Shown in pieces: positions 18,151-26,830 of a DNA stretch of 64,000 nucleotides. Source of the DNA: an uncultured Chloroflexia bacterium (lineage in GTDB: Bacteria > Chloroflexota > Limnocylindria > Limnocylindrales > CSP1-4); assembly GCA_963705215.1 (NCBI GenBank), contig CAVPJI010000014.1, positions 10,913-74,912 of the forward strand, given 5' to 3'. The notes below the pieces were generated by a model, which worked only from the letters and a program-made list of their open reading frames with translations, had not been told where the DNA came from and ran no database searches. Position 1 is the stretch's first letter, and each line of letters starts with the position of its first letter. The translations under genes were made by a program, and so were the position numbers.

Positions 18151-19038
18151 TCAGGTGTCCGCGATGGGCGGCTCGAGCAGCACCAGGTTGTGGCGTGCCT
18201 TGCGCGTGTCGAGGGCGACCAGCGCACGACCGTTCGGGGTGAAGGCGAGCCCCTCGGGCTTGCCCTCCAGGTCGCCGAGCCGCCAGGTCGCGGGGGCGGA
18301 GACCACACCGCCGGTCGGCTGGAGGTCCGAGAGTCGCGCGATCGAGCCGGACTTGTCGCTGAGCACGTAGAGGTGGCCATCAGGACCGACCTCCAGGTCG
18401 CTGAAGTCGGCGCACGCCGTGCGGAGCCCCTTGTCGGGCCACCAGACCGCGAGGGCGACGTGACGCTGGTCGCCGGGCTCCACTTCCCACGGTGCGCCGG
18501 GCGCCAGCGCCCCGCCGCGCGCGAGCCCGACCGGTTCTGCGCCGGGCGGCCCGAACTCGATCAGGGCCGCCGGGTCCTTCTCCTTGGCCACGAGCAGGTG
18601 ACCGCCGGGCAGAAGGACGGCCCCCTCGCCGCGCGAGCCGGCCGGATCTGCCCAGGCCCGGGCGAGGCGGTCGTCTCCCGAGATCTCGAGCGCGATCGAA
18701 GCGACCACGCGCCGCGTGGCCGGGTCGATCAGCTCGGTCCGCGGCGGCGACTCCTGGAGCAGCAGGACCCGTCCCGCGCCGTCGGCGCAGATGGCTTCGA
18801 TGTCGGGATCGTCCTCGGGCAGCCGAGTGCCCTCGAGGTGCGTGACGTCGGCGGTCTGCCAGGCGAGGGCCGCCATGTCGTCCTTCGGCTGCGCGAACCA
18901 GGCCGCGACTGCCACGCGGTCTCCGATCGCCAGGAGCGCCAGCTCGCCGGCCGGGCCACGCCGGAGGCAGATGCCGGAGACCTCCCTGAGCGGGACGTCG
19001 ACCACGCGACAGACGGTGAGCCGGGCGTGAGCCTTCAC
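18151..19038 (-). CDS. Beta-propeller protein (SdiA-regulated/YjiK-like)
   Basis: Repeated blade motifs EVSGI, DIEAI, GEGA, FSDL, KPEGLAF. Confidence 0.55.
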   Translation of the reverse strand: MKAHARLTVCRVVDVPLREVSGICLRRGPAGELALLAIGDRVAVAAWFAQPKDDMAALAWQTADVTHLEGTRLPEDDPDIEAICADGAGRVLLLQESPPRTELIDPATRRVVASIALEISGDDRLARAWADPAGSRGEGAVLLPGGHLLVAKEKDPAALIEFGPPGAEPVGLARGGALAPGAPWEVEPGDQRHVALAVWWPDKGLRTACADFSDLEVGPDGHLYVLSDKSGSIARLSDLQPTGGVVSAPATWRLGDLEGKPEGLAFTPNGRALVALDTRKARHNLVLLEPPIADT

Positions 19039-19072
19039 GGTCTCGCCTCGGGCGGCCGCGGTGGGCTGGCGC

Positions 19073-19351
19073 CTACTTGTAGCCGATCTTGTCCTTGTTC
19101 GAGTAGGCGCTCGAGCCGTAGGTGCCGATGTCCGCGAAGAGCCCGATCACGACCACGATGAACTCGAGGCCGGTCAGGCCTCCCGGGGCGACGAGCACGT
19201 AGGCCAGCGTCGTCCAGGGCAGGGCGAGGATCCCGAGGATGGGCACGAGCGGGCCGCTGAACGTTGTGTTCCAGCGCTCCGCGTCGAGCAGCCACCAAAC
19301 CACGTTGATGGCCCGCGGCCCGACGAGGGCGGCAAGCAGGATGGCGCACAT
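19073..19351 (-). CDS. Small membrane protein
   Basis: MCAILLAALVGPR...LGILALPWTTLAY; AGGAGG RBS. Confidence 0.7.
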   Translation of the reverse strand: MCAILLAALVGPRAINVVWWLLDAERWNTTFSGPLVPILGILALPWTTLAYVLVAPGGLTGLEFIVVVIGLFADIGTYGSSAYSNKDKIGYK

Positions 19352-19424
19352 CGAGATCGATCCTCCTGGCTGGGAGCGCGTGACCTTGCCACGATACACG
19401 CGGGTGGAAGCGCCCAAGCGGCAA

Positions 19425-20900
19425 TCACTCGATCCGGAACCGCGGGCCGCTGACGATCTCCTGCTGCCCTTCCTCAGCCACGAGGCAGGCGACGAACGCG
19501 TCGCCGGGAACGAGCTCCGCCAGGCCCGACCCGGTCGTCCCCGGCTCGAGGTAGACGAAGCCGGGAACGTCGACCATCGGCGGCTGTTCGATCGTTCCCG
19601 GGTGGTCCTTCATCCACGTGTCGAGGTCCTCGTAGGTCGAGCCCTCGATCAGACGAACGACGACCGCAACCGACTCTACCCCCGAAGCATTCGCGTACGA
19701 GACCATGGACGCGCCCGCCGGCACCGTCGCGGGGACATCGGACGCGCAGGTGGTTCCATCGAAGGTGATCGCGAGGTCTCCCTTCACCTCGAGGGGAGTC
19801 CGGCGCGGGCCGCCGGCGCGCAGGCCGGCGAGGAAGGCCGTCTCGAAAGCCGCCCGGTCCGCGGCCGTCGAAAGCGTTATGGCCGTGCCGCCGTCCGAGC
19901 GGATCGTCCGGCCGGCCTCCGGCCCCTCGGTCGTCACGGCGACGCGGGCCTCCTCCGTCGTGACGACCGCCGGCTCGACCAGCATCGCGGCGGCCAGCGC
20001 GTCCCAGAAGTAGTCGACGTCGATCGACATCGGGGTGCGCAGGAGGAGCTCGTCGACGAGGTTCGCGGGACCCGCCGACGCGTCCGCGTGGAGGCCGTCG
20101 GCGAACGCCCGGGTGATCTTCACGTCGTTCGTCGCGTCGAGCGGGACCAGGGTGATCGGGATGCCGGACGCGAATACGGCGTCCGCCGCGGTGGGGTCGG
20201 CGGCGAAGTTCCATTCGGCCGGCGCCGGGCTCCCGTCGACGGTGGCGTTGCCGTCCACGTCGACGGCGCCGCCCATGATCACGATCCGGGCGATGCCGTC
20301 GGCCAGCTTCGGGTCCGCGGCGAGGGCCTGGGCGATGTTCGTCATGGGGCCGGTGGCCAGGACGGTGACCGGCCGGTCGCTGCCGCCGATCGCCTCGGCG
20401 AGGAGATCCACGGCGGTGCCCTTCGGGGTCCCGGGAACCCCGGCGACCTTGAGTCCCCAGAGCCCGTCGGCGCCGGTTCGCCACTCCTCGGGAAAGACCT
20501 GGCCACCGGCGACCGGCTCCTCGGAACCGCACGCGGTCGGCACCGCGGGCGCCTGCAGCTCGTTGAGCAGGTTGCGCACGTTCCTGGCGCCCGGCCCGCA
20601 GTGCGCGATCCCGGTCCCGGTGACAGTGACGGCGAGGATCTCGACGTCGGGCTGCGTCGTGAGGTACGCGATCGCCATCACGTCGTCGAAGCTCATGTCG
20701 TTGTCGATGATCAGCGGAATGGGACCGCTCGGGACGGGGCCGGTTGGGACCGCCGCCGCGCCCGACGGGCTGGCCTCCCCCGCCGACGTGGCCGGGGTAG
20801 ACGACGACGACCCCCCGCATCCGGCCAGCACGAGGGCGAGGAGGATCCCGGCTGCCTGCCGGCGGCCCGGGATGACCGAACGGGAAACGCGACGCCGCAT
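19425..20900 (-). CDS. Nucleoside hydrolase (IU-NH family) lipoprotein with extra C-terminal domain
   Basis: Signal peptide with LAGC lipobox; IIDNDMSFDD, TGPMTNIA, IMGG, AEWNFAADP, PLDAT, YFWD motifs. Confidence 0.85.
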   Translation of the reverse strand: MRRRVSRSVIPGRRQAAGILLALVLAGCGGSSSSTPATSAGEASPSGAAAVPTGPVPSGPIPLIIDNDMSFDDVMAIAYLTTQPDVEILAVTVTGTGIAHCGPGARNVRNLLNELQAPAVPTACGSEEPVAGGQVFPEEWRTGADGLWGLKVAGVPGTPKGTAVDLLAEAIGGSDRPVTVLATGPMTNIAQALAADPKLADGIARIVIMGGAVDVDGNATVDGSPAPAEWNFAADPTAADAVFASGIPITLVPLDATNDVKITRAFADGLHADASAGPANLVDELLLRTPMSIDVDYFWDALAAAMLVEPAVVTTEEARVAVTTEGPEAGRTIRSDGGTAITLSTAADRAAFETAFLAGLRAGGPRRTPLEVKGDLAITFDGTTCASDVPATVPAGASMVSYANASGVESVAVVVRLIEGSTYEDLDTWMKDHPGTIEQPPMVDVPGFVYLEPGTTGSGLAELVPGDAFVACLVAEEGQQEIVSGPRFRIE

Positions 20901-21178
20901 CTCGAACCTCCGTCGTCGAGGGACGCCGGGTCACGATAGTCGGTGCGACGGGCGATGCCCAGAGCCCTCCGGCCCCTGAACACGGACCGCACCGAGGTGG
21001 CTGGATCCGCCGCAATGGAGGATGCGCGGCGGCACGAGCCGTGGTGGACTCGACGGTGATAGGGCGTGCGGCAGGTTCCCTCCGGCATCGCGACCGCGTG
21101 GTGTCCCCAGGGTCGGGCCGGCCCAGCATCACGTGCCGCGATCAAGCACCCTGATGCCCCAGACAAGGAGAATCGAAC

Positions 21179-22344
21179 GTGGCCGAGGTACAGAGAGTCG
21201 CCACCACCGTTCCGCTCAACTGGAACGAGGTGTGGTTCACCAATTGCCCGATGGTCTCCGCCAACAACGTGGACCAGGAGCTGGGCTGGTGCCGCGAGGA
21301 GTTCAAGAAGATCGGCGTCGACTACGCCTACTTCCGCCACGCTCCCGAGAACAACTGGTACCCGCACTACATCCACAACCTCGACAACCTGATCCGCTTC
21401 GGCGGCCTCTATCCGCCGATCCACGTCAACGCCGACATCCGGCGCACCGTGCTGCTGGGGGCGACGTGGGTCTACGAGGGCGGCTGCATGGCCGTGCGAG
21501 CCGACGACAAGCTGTTCCGGATGCAGGACCTGAAGGGCAAGAAGGTCGGCATCAGCAAGAGCCTGAACACCATCAAGAACGACTGGTGGCGGATCCAGGA
21601 GCACATGGGCATCGAGAACATGCTCATGCTCAACGGCATGACCATGGACGACATCGAGCTCGTCGAGTTCCCGTACCCGGACGACTGGTACGACAAGCCC
21701 GAGATGCTCGCAGTCACGATGAACAACCCGTCCGAGCTGTGGATGCGTCGCGACCACAAGCACGACTACGCCTTCCGGCCGCTCGAGAAGGCCCTCCTGG
21801 CCGGCGCCGTGGACGCCATCTACACGCAGAGCAAGGTGTTCCAGCACATCCAGGAGGCCACCGGTCAGCTCGCGATGATCGAGGACCTCTCGAAGTACCC
21901 CGACTGGCGGGTCCAGGTCGCCAACACCCCGGCCGTCATCACCTGCACCGACGTGATGGCGGACGAGCACCCCGAGCTGGTCATCGCCTACATGAAGGCC
22001 ATGATCAAGGTCGGGCGCTGGGCGAACGAGAACAAGCACGCCGCCGGGGCAATCCTCAACCGCCAGACGTTCTACCTGGATGCCGAGGACACGTACCAGG
22101 GCATCAAGGACGTGGACATAGTGCCGAGCCTGAGCGCAAGGAACCTGCAGACCATCAAGATCGGCAAGGACTTCATGTTCAGCCACGGCTACATCAAGCA
22201 CGACTTCGACGTCGACGCGTGGGCCCGCCCGGAGTTCCTCGAGCAGGCCGCGGAAGAGGTCCTCAAGGAGGAGTGGGAGCGCCGAAGCTGGAGCAAGCTG
22301 CCGCGGGCGGCGGGCTCGAGGTGGAAGGCGTCCGGCTCGGCTAG
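21179..22344 (+). CDS. DszB-like (arylsulfinate desulfinase / SsuA-fold) protein; true stop probably TAG 22342-22344 after an indel near 22300
   Basis: FTNCP, HYIHNLDNLIRFGGLYPP (Cys/His/Arg spacing as in DszB) and DLKGKKVGIS; no signal peptide. The alternate frame ends ...LEVEGVRLG* just before a hairpin. Confidence 0.7.
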
Positions 22345-22362
22345 CCCGAGGCCAACGACACA

Positions 22363-22394
22363 GATCTGCCCGCCGGGTCGCTGGCGGGCAGATC
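22363..22394 (+). terminator. Intergenic hairpin
   Basis: GATCTGCCCGCC-N8-GGCGGGCAGATC perfect 12-bp stem. Confidence 0.55.
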
Positions 22395-22419
22395 GGTCCC
22401 ACCACGACGGGAGAGCCCA

Positions 22420-22977
22420 ATGACCACGACGCATGACTCGCTGCCCATCGCCGAGGCGCGACGGACCAGCCTCGGGCTGTACGTCACCGCGAAGGAGGCC
22501 TACGACATGTGGCAGGCCGACCCCGGCCTGAAGGTCCTCGACGTCCGCACGCCGGAGGAGTTCGTCTTCGTCGGCCACGCGCCGATGTCGGTGAACATCC
22601 CCTTCGCGCTGCAGACGTACGAGTGGGACCCCGAGAAGAAGGCGCTGCGCTGGGAGCTCAACCCGGAGTTCCTCGCCGCAGTGCAGGCATGGGCCGCGCC
22701 CGACGAGCAGATCCTCGTCGCCTGCCGGTCTGGGGGCCGCTCCGCGATGGCCATCAACATGCTGGCGAAGGCGGCCGGGTTCACGAGAGCCTGGAACATC
22801 CTCGACGGCTGGGAGGGGAGTCAGGTCAAGGACCCCGAGAGCGTCTTCGACGGCATGCGGATGAAGAACGGCTGGAAGAACTCCGGGCTGCCCTGGACCT
22901 ACGAGATCGACCCTGACCGGATGAAGCTGCCGGCGCGCCAGAGCCGGACCTTCGTGGCCGGGAACGAGCACGACTGA
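22420..22977 (+). CDS. Rhodanese-like sulfurtransferase
   Basis: LDVRTPEEFVFVGH...ACRSGGRS...ILDGWEG...GWKNSGLPW. Confidence 0.88.
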   Translation: MTTTHDSLPIAEARRTSLGLYVTAKEAYDMWQADPGLKVLDVRTPEEFVFVGHAPMSVNIPFALQTYEWDPEKKALRWELNPEFLAAVQAWAAPDEQILVACRSGGRSAMAINMLAKAAGFTRAWNILDGWEGSQVKDPESVFDGMRMKNGWKNSGLPWTYEIDPDRMKLPARQSRTFVAGNEHD

Positions 22978-23013
22978 GCGTCGGCTGCTCGCGGACATGT
23001 GGGGCTCGTCAGT

Positions 23014-24729
23014 CTAGCTGCTGCCCACCTCGCGTCCCAGCACCTCGACCGCCTCGGGGACCGAGCGGTAGAAGCGGCCCTCGTCGATCGTCTCGAGCAG
23101 CCCGTAGCGCACGATCGTGTCGCGGACGCTCGACTGGAGCTCGGCGAACGCGAGGTGGATCCCGGCCGAGTTCAGCTCGAGGTCCAGGTCCGCGAGCATG
23201 GCCCCCGCGGTCGTGTCGATGTCGGTGATCGGCTCGGCGGCGACGAGGACCCATTGCGGCGGTGCGGCGGCGGCCTTCACCAGCTCGCGGATCAGGTCGC
23301 GGAACTGGTTCGCGTTGGCGAAGAAGAGCGGCGCCGACCAGCGGACGATGAGCAGCCCCGGGACCTGCTCCGCGTCCGGGTAGCGCCGGATGTCGTGCCA
23401 GCCGGGGACGTCAGGATCCTTGCCGAGGACCGCGGAGTACGGGGCCCACGCGCGCTTGAAGATGTAGACCACGGACAGGGCAACCGCTACGACGATTCCC
23501 TGCAGGACACCGATGAACATGACGCCGAGCGCGCAGGCGACGGCAAGCGCGAACTCGGTCTTGCGGACGCGGAACAGCCTGCGCAGCTCGGCGACATCGA
23601 ACAGGCTGATCGAGGCGGCAATGACGACGGCAGCGAGCACCGGCTGCGGCATGTCCTGGACCAGGCCCGGGACGACGAGCAGCATCGCGATGACCAGGCC
23701 GGCCGCCACGAGGCCGGTCAGCTGGGTCTTCGCCCCGGACTGGAAGGCGACGGCCGTCCGCGAGCCGCTCGTGCTCACGGGGAACCCCGAGAAGAGGCCG
23801 GCCGCCAGGTTGGCGGAGCCGATCCCGGCCAGCTCCTGGTTCCCGTCGATCTCGTAGCCGGCGCGGCGGGCGAAGCCGCCGGAGGTGGAGATCGTGTCGC
23901 CGATGGCAACGAGCGAGATCCCCAGCGCCGACGCGAACAGCACGGGGATGTCCTCGAGCGGGACGGCCGGGAAGCTGGGCAGCGGGAACCCCTGGGGGAG
24001 CATCCCGATCACCGCGACGTCACGGCCCTCGAGGTCGAGCACGATCGAGAGCCCGATCGAGACGACCACCGCGACGAGGATGCCGGGCGTGCGCGGGGAC
24101 AACTTCTTGAGGCCAAGGATGATGACGAGGCTCAGGAGGCCGATCCCGAGCGCCCACGGGTTGGTCAGGTCGAGACTCTGCAGGAAGGCACGTGCCTCGT
24201 CTATGAGGCCGCTAGCGTCGGTCGAGAACCCGAACAGCTTGGGCAGCTGGCCGATGAAGATCGTGATCGAGAGGCCGGCGAGGTAACCGGTGCGCACGGG
24301 GCTCGAGAGGAGGTCGGCGACAAAGCCGAGCCGGGCCACGCCCGCACCGACCGTGACGACCCCAACCAGAAGCGCCAGCATCCCGGCGAGGGCGATCGCC
24401 ATTTCCTCGCTGCCGGCGGCGAGGGGCACGATCGTCGCAGCGATCATCGGCCCCAGCGACGAGTCGGGACCGAGGACGAGGATCGGCGACGGCCCGACCA
24501 GGGCGTAGGCCACGAGACACAGGACCGTCGTGTAGAGCCCGTGGATGGCGGGCAGCCCGGCCAGCTCCGCGTAGGCCATCCCCTGCGGGACCAGCAGCGT
24601 GACGAGGACGACGCCGGCGATCAGGTCACGCGACAGCCACGACCGCTCGTAGGTGCGGAGGACCCGGACGCCGGGCACCCACCGCTCGACTCGCGCGAGC
24701 CCGGGGCTCGCGGCCGCCGCCGTCTTCAC
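23014..24729 (-). CDS. SulP family anion permease with STAS domain
   Basis: DLIAGVVLVTLLVPQGMAYAELAGLP..GLY, NQELAGIGSANL, PLFFANA, DIDTT. Confidence 0.92.
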   Translation of the reverse strand: MKTAAAASPGLARVERWVPGVRVLRTYERSWLSRDLIAGVVLVTLLVPQGMAYAELAGLPAIHGLYTTVLCLVAYALVGPSPILVLGPDSSLGPMIAATIVPLAAGSEEMAIALAGMLALLVGVVTVGAGVARLGFVADLLSSPVRTGYLAGLSITIFIGQLPKLFGFSTDASGLIDEARAFLQSLDLTNPWALGIGLLSLVIILGLKKLSPRTPGILVAVVVSIGLSIVLDLEGRDVAVIGMLPQGFPLPSFPAVPLEDIPVLFASALGISLVAIGDTISTSGGFARRAGYEIDGNQELAGIGSANLAAGLFSGFPVSTSGSRTAVAFQSGAKTQLTGLVAAGLVIAMLLVVPGLVQDMPQPVLAAVVIAASISLFDVAELRRLFRVRKTEFALAVACALGVMFIGVLQGIVVAVALSVVYIFKRAWAPYSAVLGKDPDVPGWHDIRRYPDAEQVPGLLIVRWSAPLFFANANQFRDLIRELVKAAAAPPQWVLVAAEPITDIDTTAGAMLADLDLELNSAGIHLAFAELQSSVRDTIVRYGLLETIDEGRFYRSVPEAVEVLGREVGSS

Positions 24730-24730
24730 G

Positions 24731-25816
24731 TCAGAGCTGCGCGATGGCCCGGCCCAGGCCGCGCCGGTAGCTCGCCGCGACGATGGGTCGCCACGTGGGC
24801 TCGAACGTCCCGCGCAGCCGCTCCACGCCCTGGTCCAGGTGGGCGACGAGCTTCGCGATCGCCTTGCCCTGGGCGTCGGTCGGGGTCGTGGACGTCGCGA
24901 GCTCCCGGGCGCGCAGCGCGGCGACGTGGCGGTCGTGCTGGGTCCCCAGGTGGTCCTGGAGGGCGACGACCGGCCTGATCAGCGCCGTCACACCCGGTTC
25001 GAGCGGCTCTCGGACGAACTCGAGCGTGTAGCGCAGCCACTTGGCCGCGATCCGGAGCTCGTGGAGCGTGGCGAGATCGGCCGCCCCGAGGTCGCCGTCG
25101 AACGCCCACACGGACTGGTAGGCCTCCCAGATCGTCGCCGGCATCCGGTGGCGCAGGAGCCTGGGTGCATGGGGCGCGACGGGGAGCGCGGCGAGCCCCG
25201 GTGTCTCGACGAACCTGGAGTAGTCCGCGATGAACCCGGCGAAGCGCTCCGACTCGAGCTCCGCGACGAGATCGACGCGGCGCGCCTCCCGCTCGGCGCG
25301 CCACGCAGAGAGGAGGGGCTCGAGGCCGGCGCGCTGGCGGCCGCTGCGCTGCGTTCCGTAAGCCACGACGATCTCGATGAGGACGTCGAGGTCCCGGACC
25401 GCGCCCAGGCGAGCCCCGACGTCGCGCAGCTCGCCGCGATAACGCCGTCTCTCTTCGCGCTCGAACCCGTCGCCGAAGACCCGCCACGCGGCGCGCATCC
25501 GGCGGGCCGCGACGCGCATCGCGTGGACCTCCTCGGGGTCCTCGCCGGCGATGACGCCGGGCACCCGGGCCAGCATCCGCGCGAGGTGGAAGTGCAGGAT
25601 CTTGCGCCCGGCCTCGGCCCACGGATCGTCGGTCCGGACGTCCGGTGTCCGGCCGATCGCCGGGGTCGCCGCCGTGGGGGCGACGGCCTCCGAAGGGATG
25701 GGCTTCGCCGCGTCGCGATCGGGCGACTCGACGGCGTCGGTCTCGTGCGTCGGCGTTCCAGGCTCGCTCGAACCCACGTCGGACCCGCCCGACCCTGGCG
25801 TCGCACCGTCCATCAC
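24731..25816 (-). CDS. CHAD domain (polyphosphate-binding) protein
   Basis: VHAMRVAARRMR, LGAVRDLDV, LHELRIAAKWLRY, LQDHLG..HD. Confidence 0.9.
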   Translation of the reverse strand: MMDGATPGSGGSDVGSSEPGTPTHETDAVESPDRDAAKPIPSEAVAPTAATPAIGRTPDVRTDDPWAEAGRKILHFHLARMLARVPGVIAGEDPEEVHAMRVAARRMRAAWRVFGDGFEREERRRYRGELRDVGARLGAVRDLDVLIEIVVAYGTQRSGRQRAGLEPLLSAWRAEREARRVDLVAELESERFAGFIADYSRFVETPGLAALPVAPHAPRLLRHRMPATIWEAYQSVWAFDGDLGAADLATLHELRIAAKWLRYTLEFVREPLEPGVTALIRPVVALQDHLGTQHDRHVAALRARELATSTTPTDAQGKAIAKLVAHLDQGVERLRGTFEPTWRPIVAASYRRGLGRAIAQL

Positions 25817-25927
25817 GATCGGATCACCTGCCCCTCTCCGTCAAGCTTGCTTCTGCGCCCTGGCAGGATGCCCCGACGATGCGCCCGGGCGCGGCGGCGC
25901 GTCGGAGGTTTGCGCGGATCGCTCGCC

Positions 25928-26803
25928 TCAGAACGGGGTCGGGATGTAGTTCAGGGTCAGGTTCGGCTCCCTGCCCTTGCTGGACGCCTTGCGCTTGGGC
26001 AGCTCGATGTCGCGCGGCTCATCGGGCTCGTAGGGCACCCGGCTCAGCAGGTGGCTGATGATGTTGAGCCGGCCGCGCTTCTTGTCATCCGTCCGGGCGA
26101 TCCACCACGGCGCCCAGGGCGTGTCCGTCGCGGCGAACATCGCGTCCCGGGCCCGCGAGTAGTCGTCCCAGCGGCCATATGACTTGAGGTCCATGTCGGT
26201 CAGCTTCCAGGTCTTGCGCGGGTCGTGGATGCGCCCCTCGAGACGGCGCGTCTGCTCTTCGGGGCTGACCTCCAGCCAGTACTTGATGAGGATGATGCCG
26301 TTCTCCACCATGGCCTTCTCGACCGCCGGCACCTGCTCGAGGAACCGCTCTGTCTGCTCGGGCGTGCAGAAGCCCATGACCCGCTCGACTCCGGCGCGGT
26401 TGTACCAGCTCCGGTCGAAGATCACGACCTCGCCCGCGGCCGGGAAGTGCGTCATGTACCGCTGGACGTACATCTGCGACTTCTCGCGCTCGGTCGGGGC
26501 GGAGAGAGCGACAACCGTGAACACGCGCGGGCTGACCCGCTCGGTGATCCGCTTGATCGTGCCTCCCTTGCCGGCTGTGTCCCGACCCTCGAACACGATG
26601 CAGACCTTGGCGCCGGCCGCCTTCACCCATTCCTGCATCGCCACGAGCTCGCCGTGGAGACGGCGCATCTCGCGCTCGTAATCCTTGGTCGTCATCTTCG
26701 AGGAGGCCTCAGGCTGGGTCGCCGCGGGCTGGGTGGTCCCATCGCCCGGTTGGGCCTGGCCCTTCTCGAGCTTGCTGGCCTTCGTGTCCTTCTTCTTCAC
26801 CAC
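25928..26803 (-). CDS. ppk2: Polyphosphate kinase 2 (class I-like)
   Basis: FEGRDTAGKGG, FDRSWYNRAGVERVMGFC, DDKKRGRLN. Confidence 0.93.
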   Translation of the reverse strand: MVKKKDTKASKLEKGQAQPGDGTTQPAATQPEASSKMTTKDYEREMRRLHGELVAMQEWVKAAGAKVCIVFEGRDTAGKGGTIKRITERVSPRVFTVVALSAPTEREKSQMYVQRYMTHFPAAGEVVIFDRSWYNRAGVERVMGFCTPEQTERFLEQVPAVEKAMVENGIILIKYWLEVSPEEQTRRLEGRIHDPRKTWKLTDMDLKSYGRWDDYSRARDAMFAATDTPWAPWWIARTDDKKRGRLNIISHLLSRVPYEPDEPRDIELPKRKASSKGREPNLTLNYIPTPF

Positions 26804-26830
26804 GGATCTGATCCCTTCTGCCGGCGCTGA

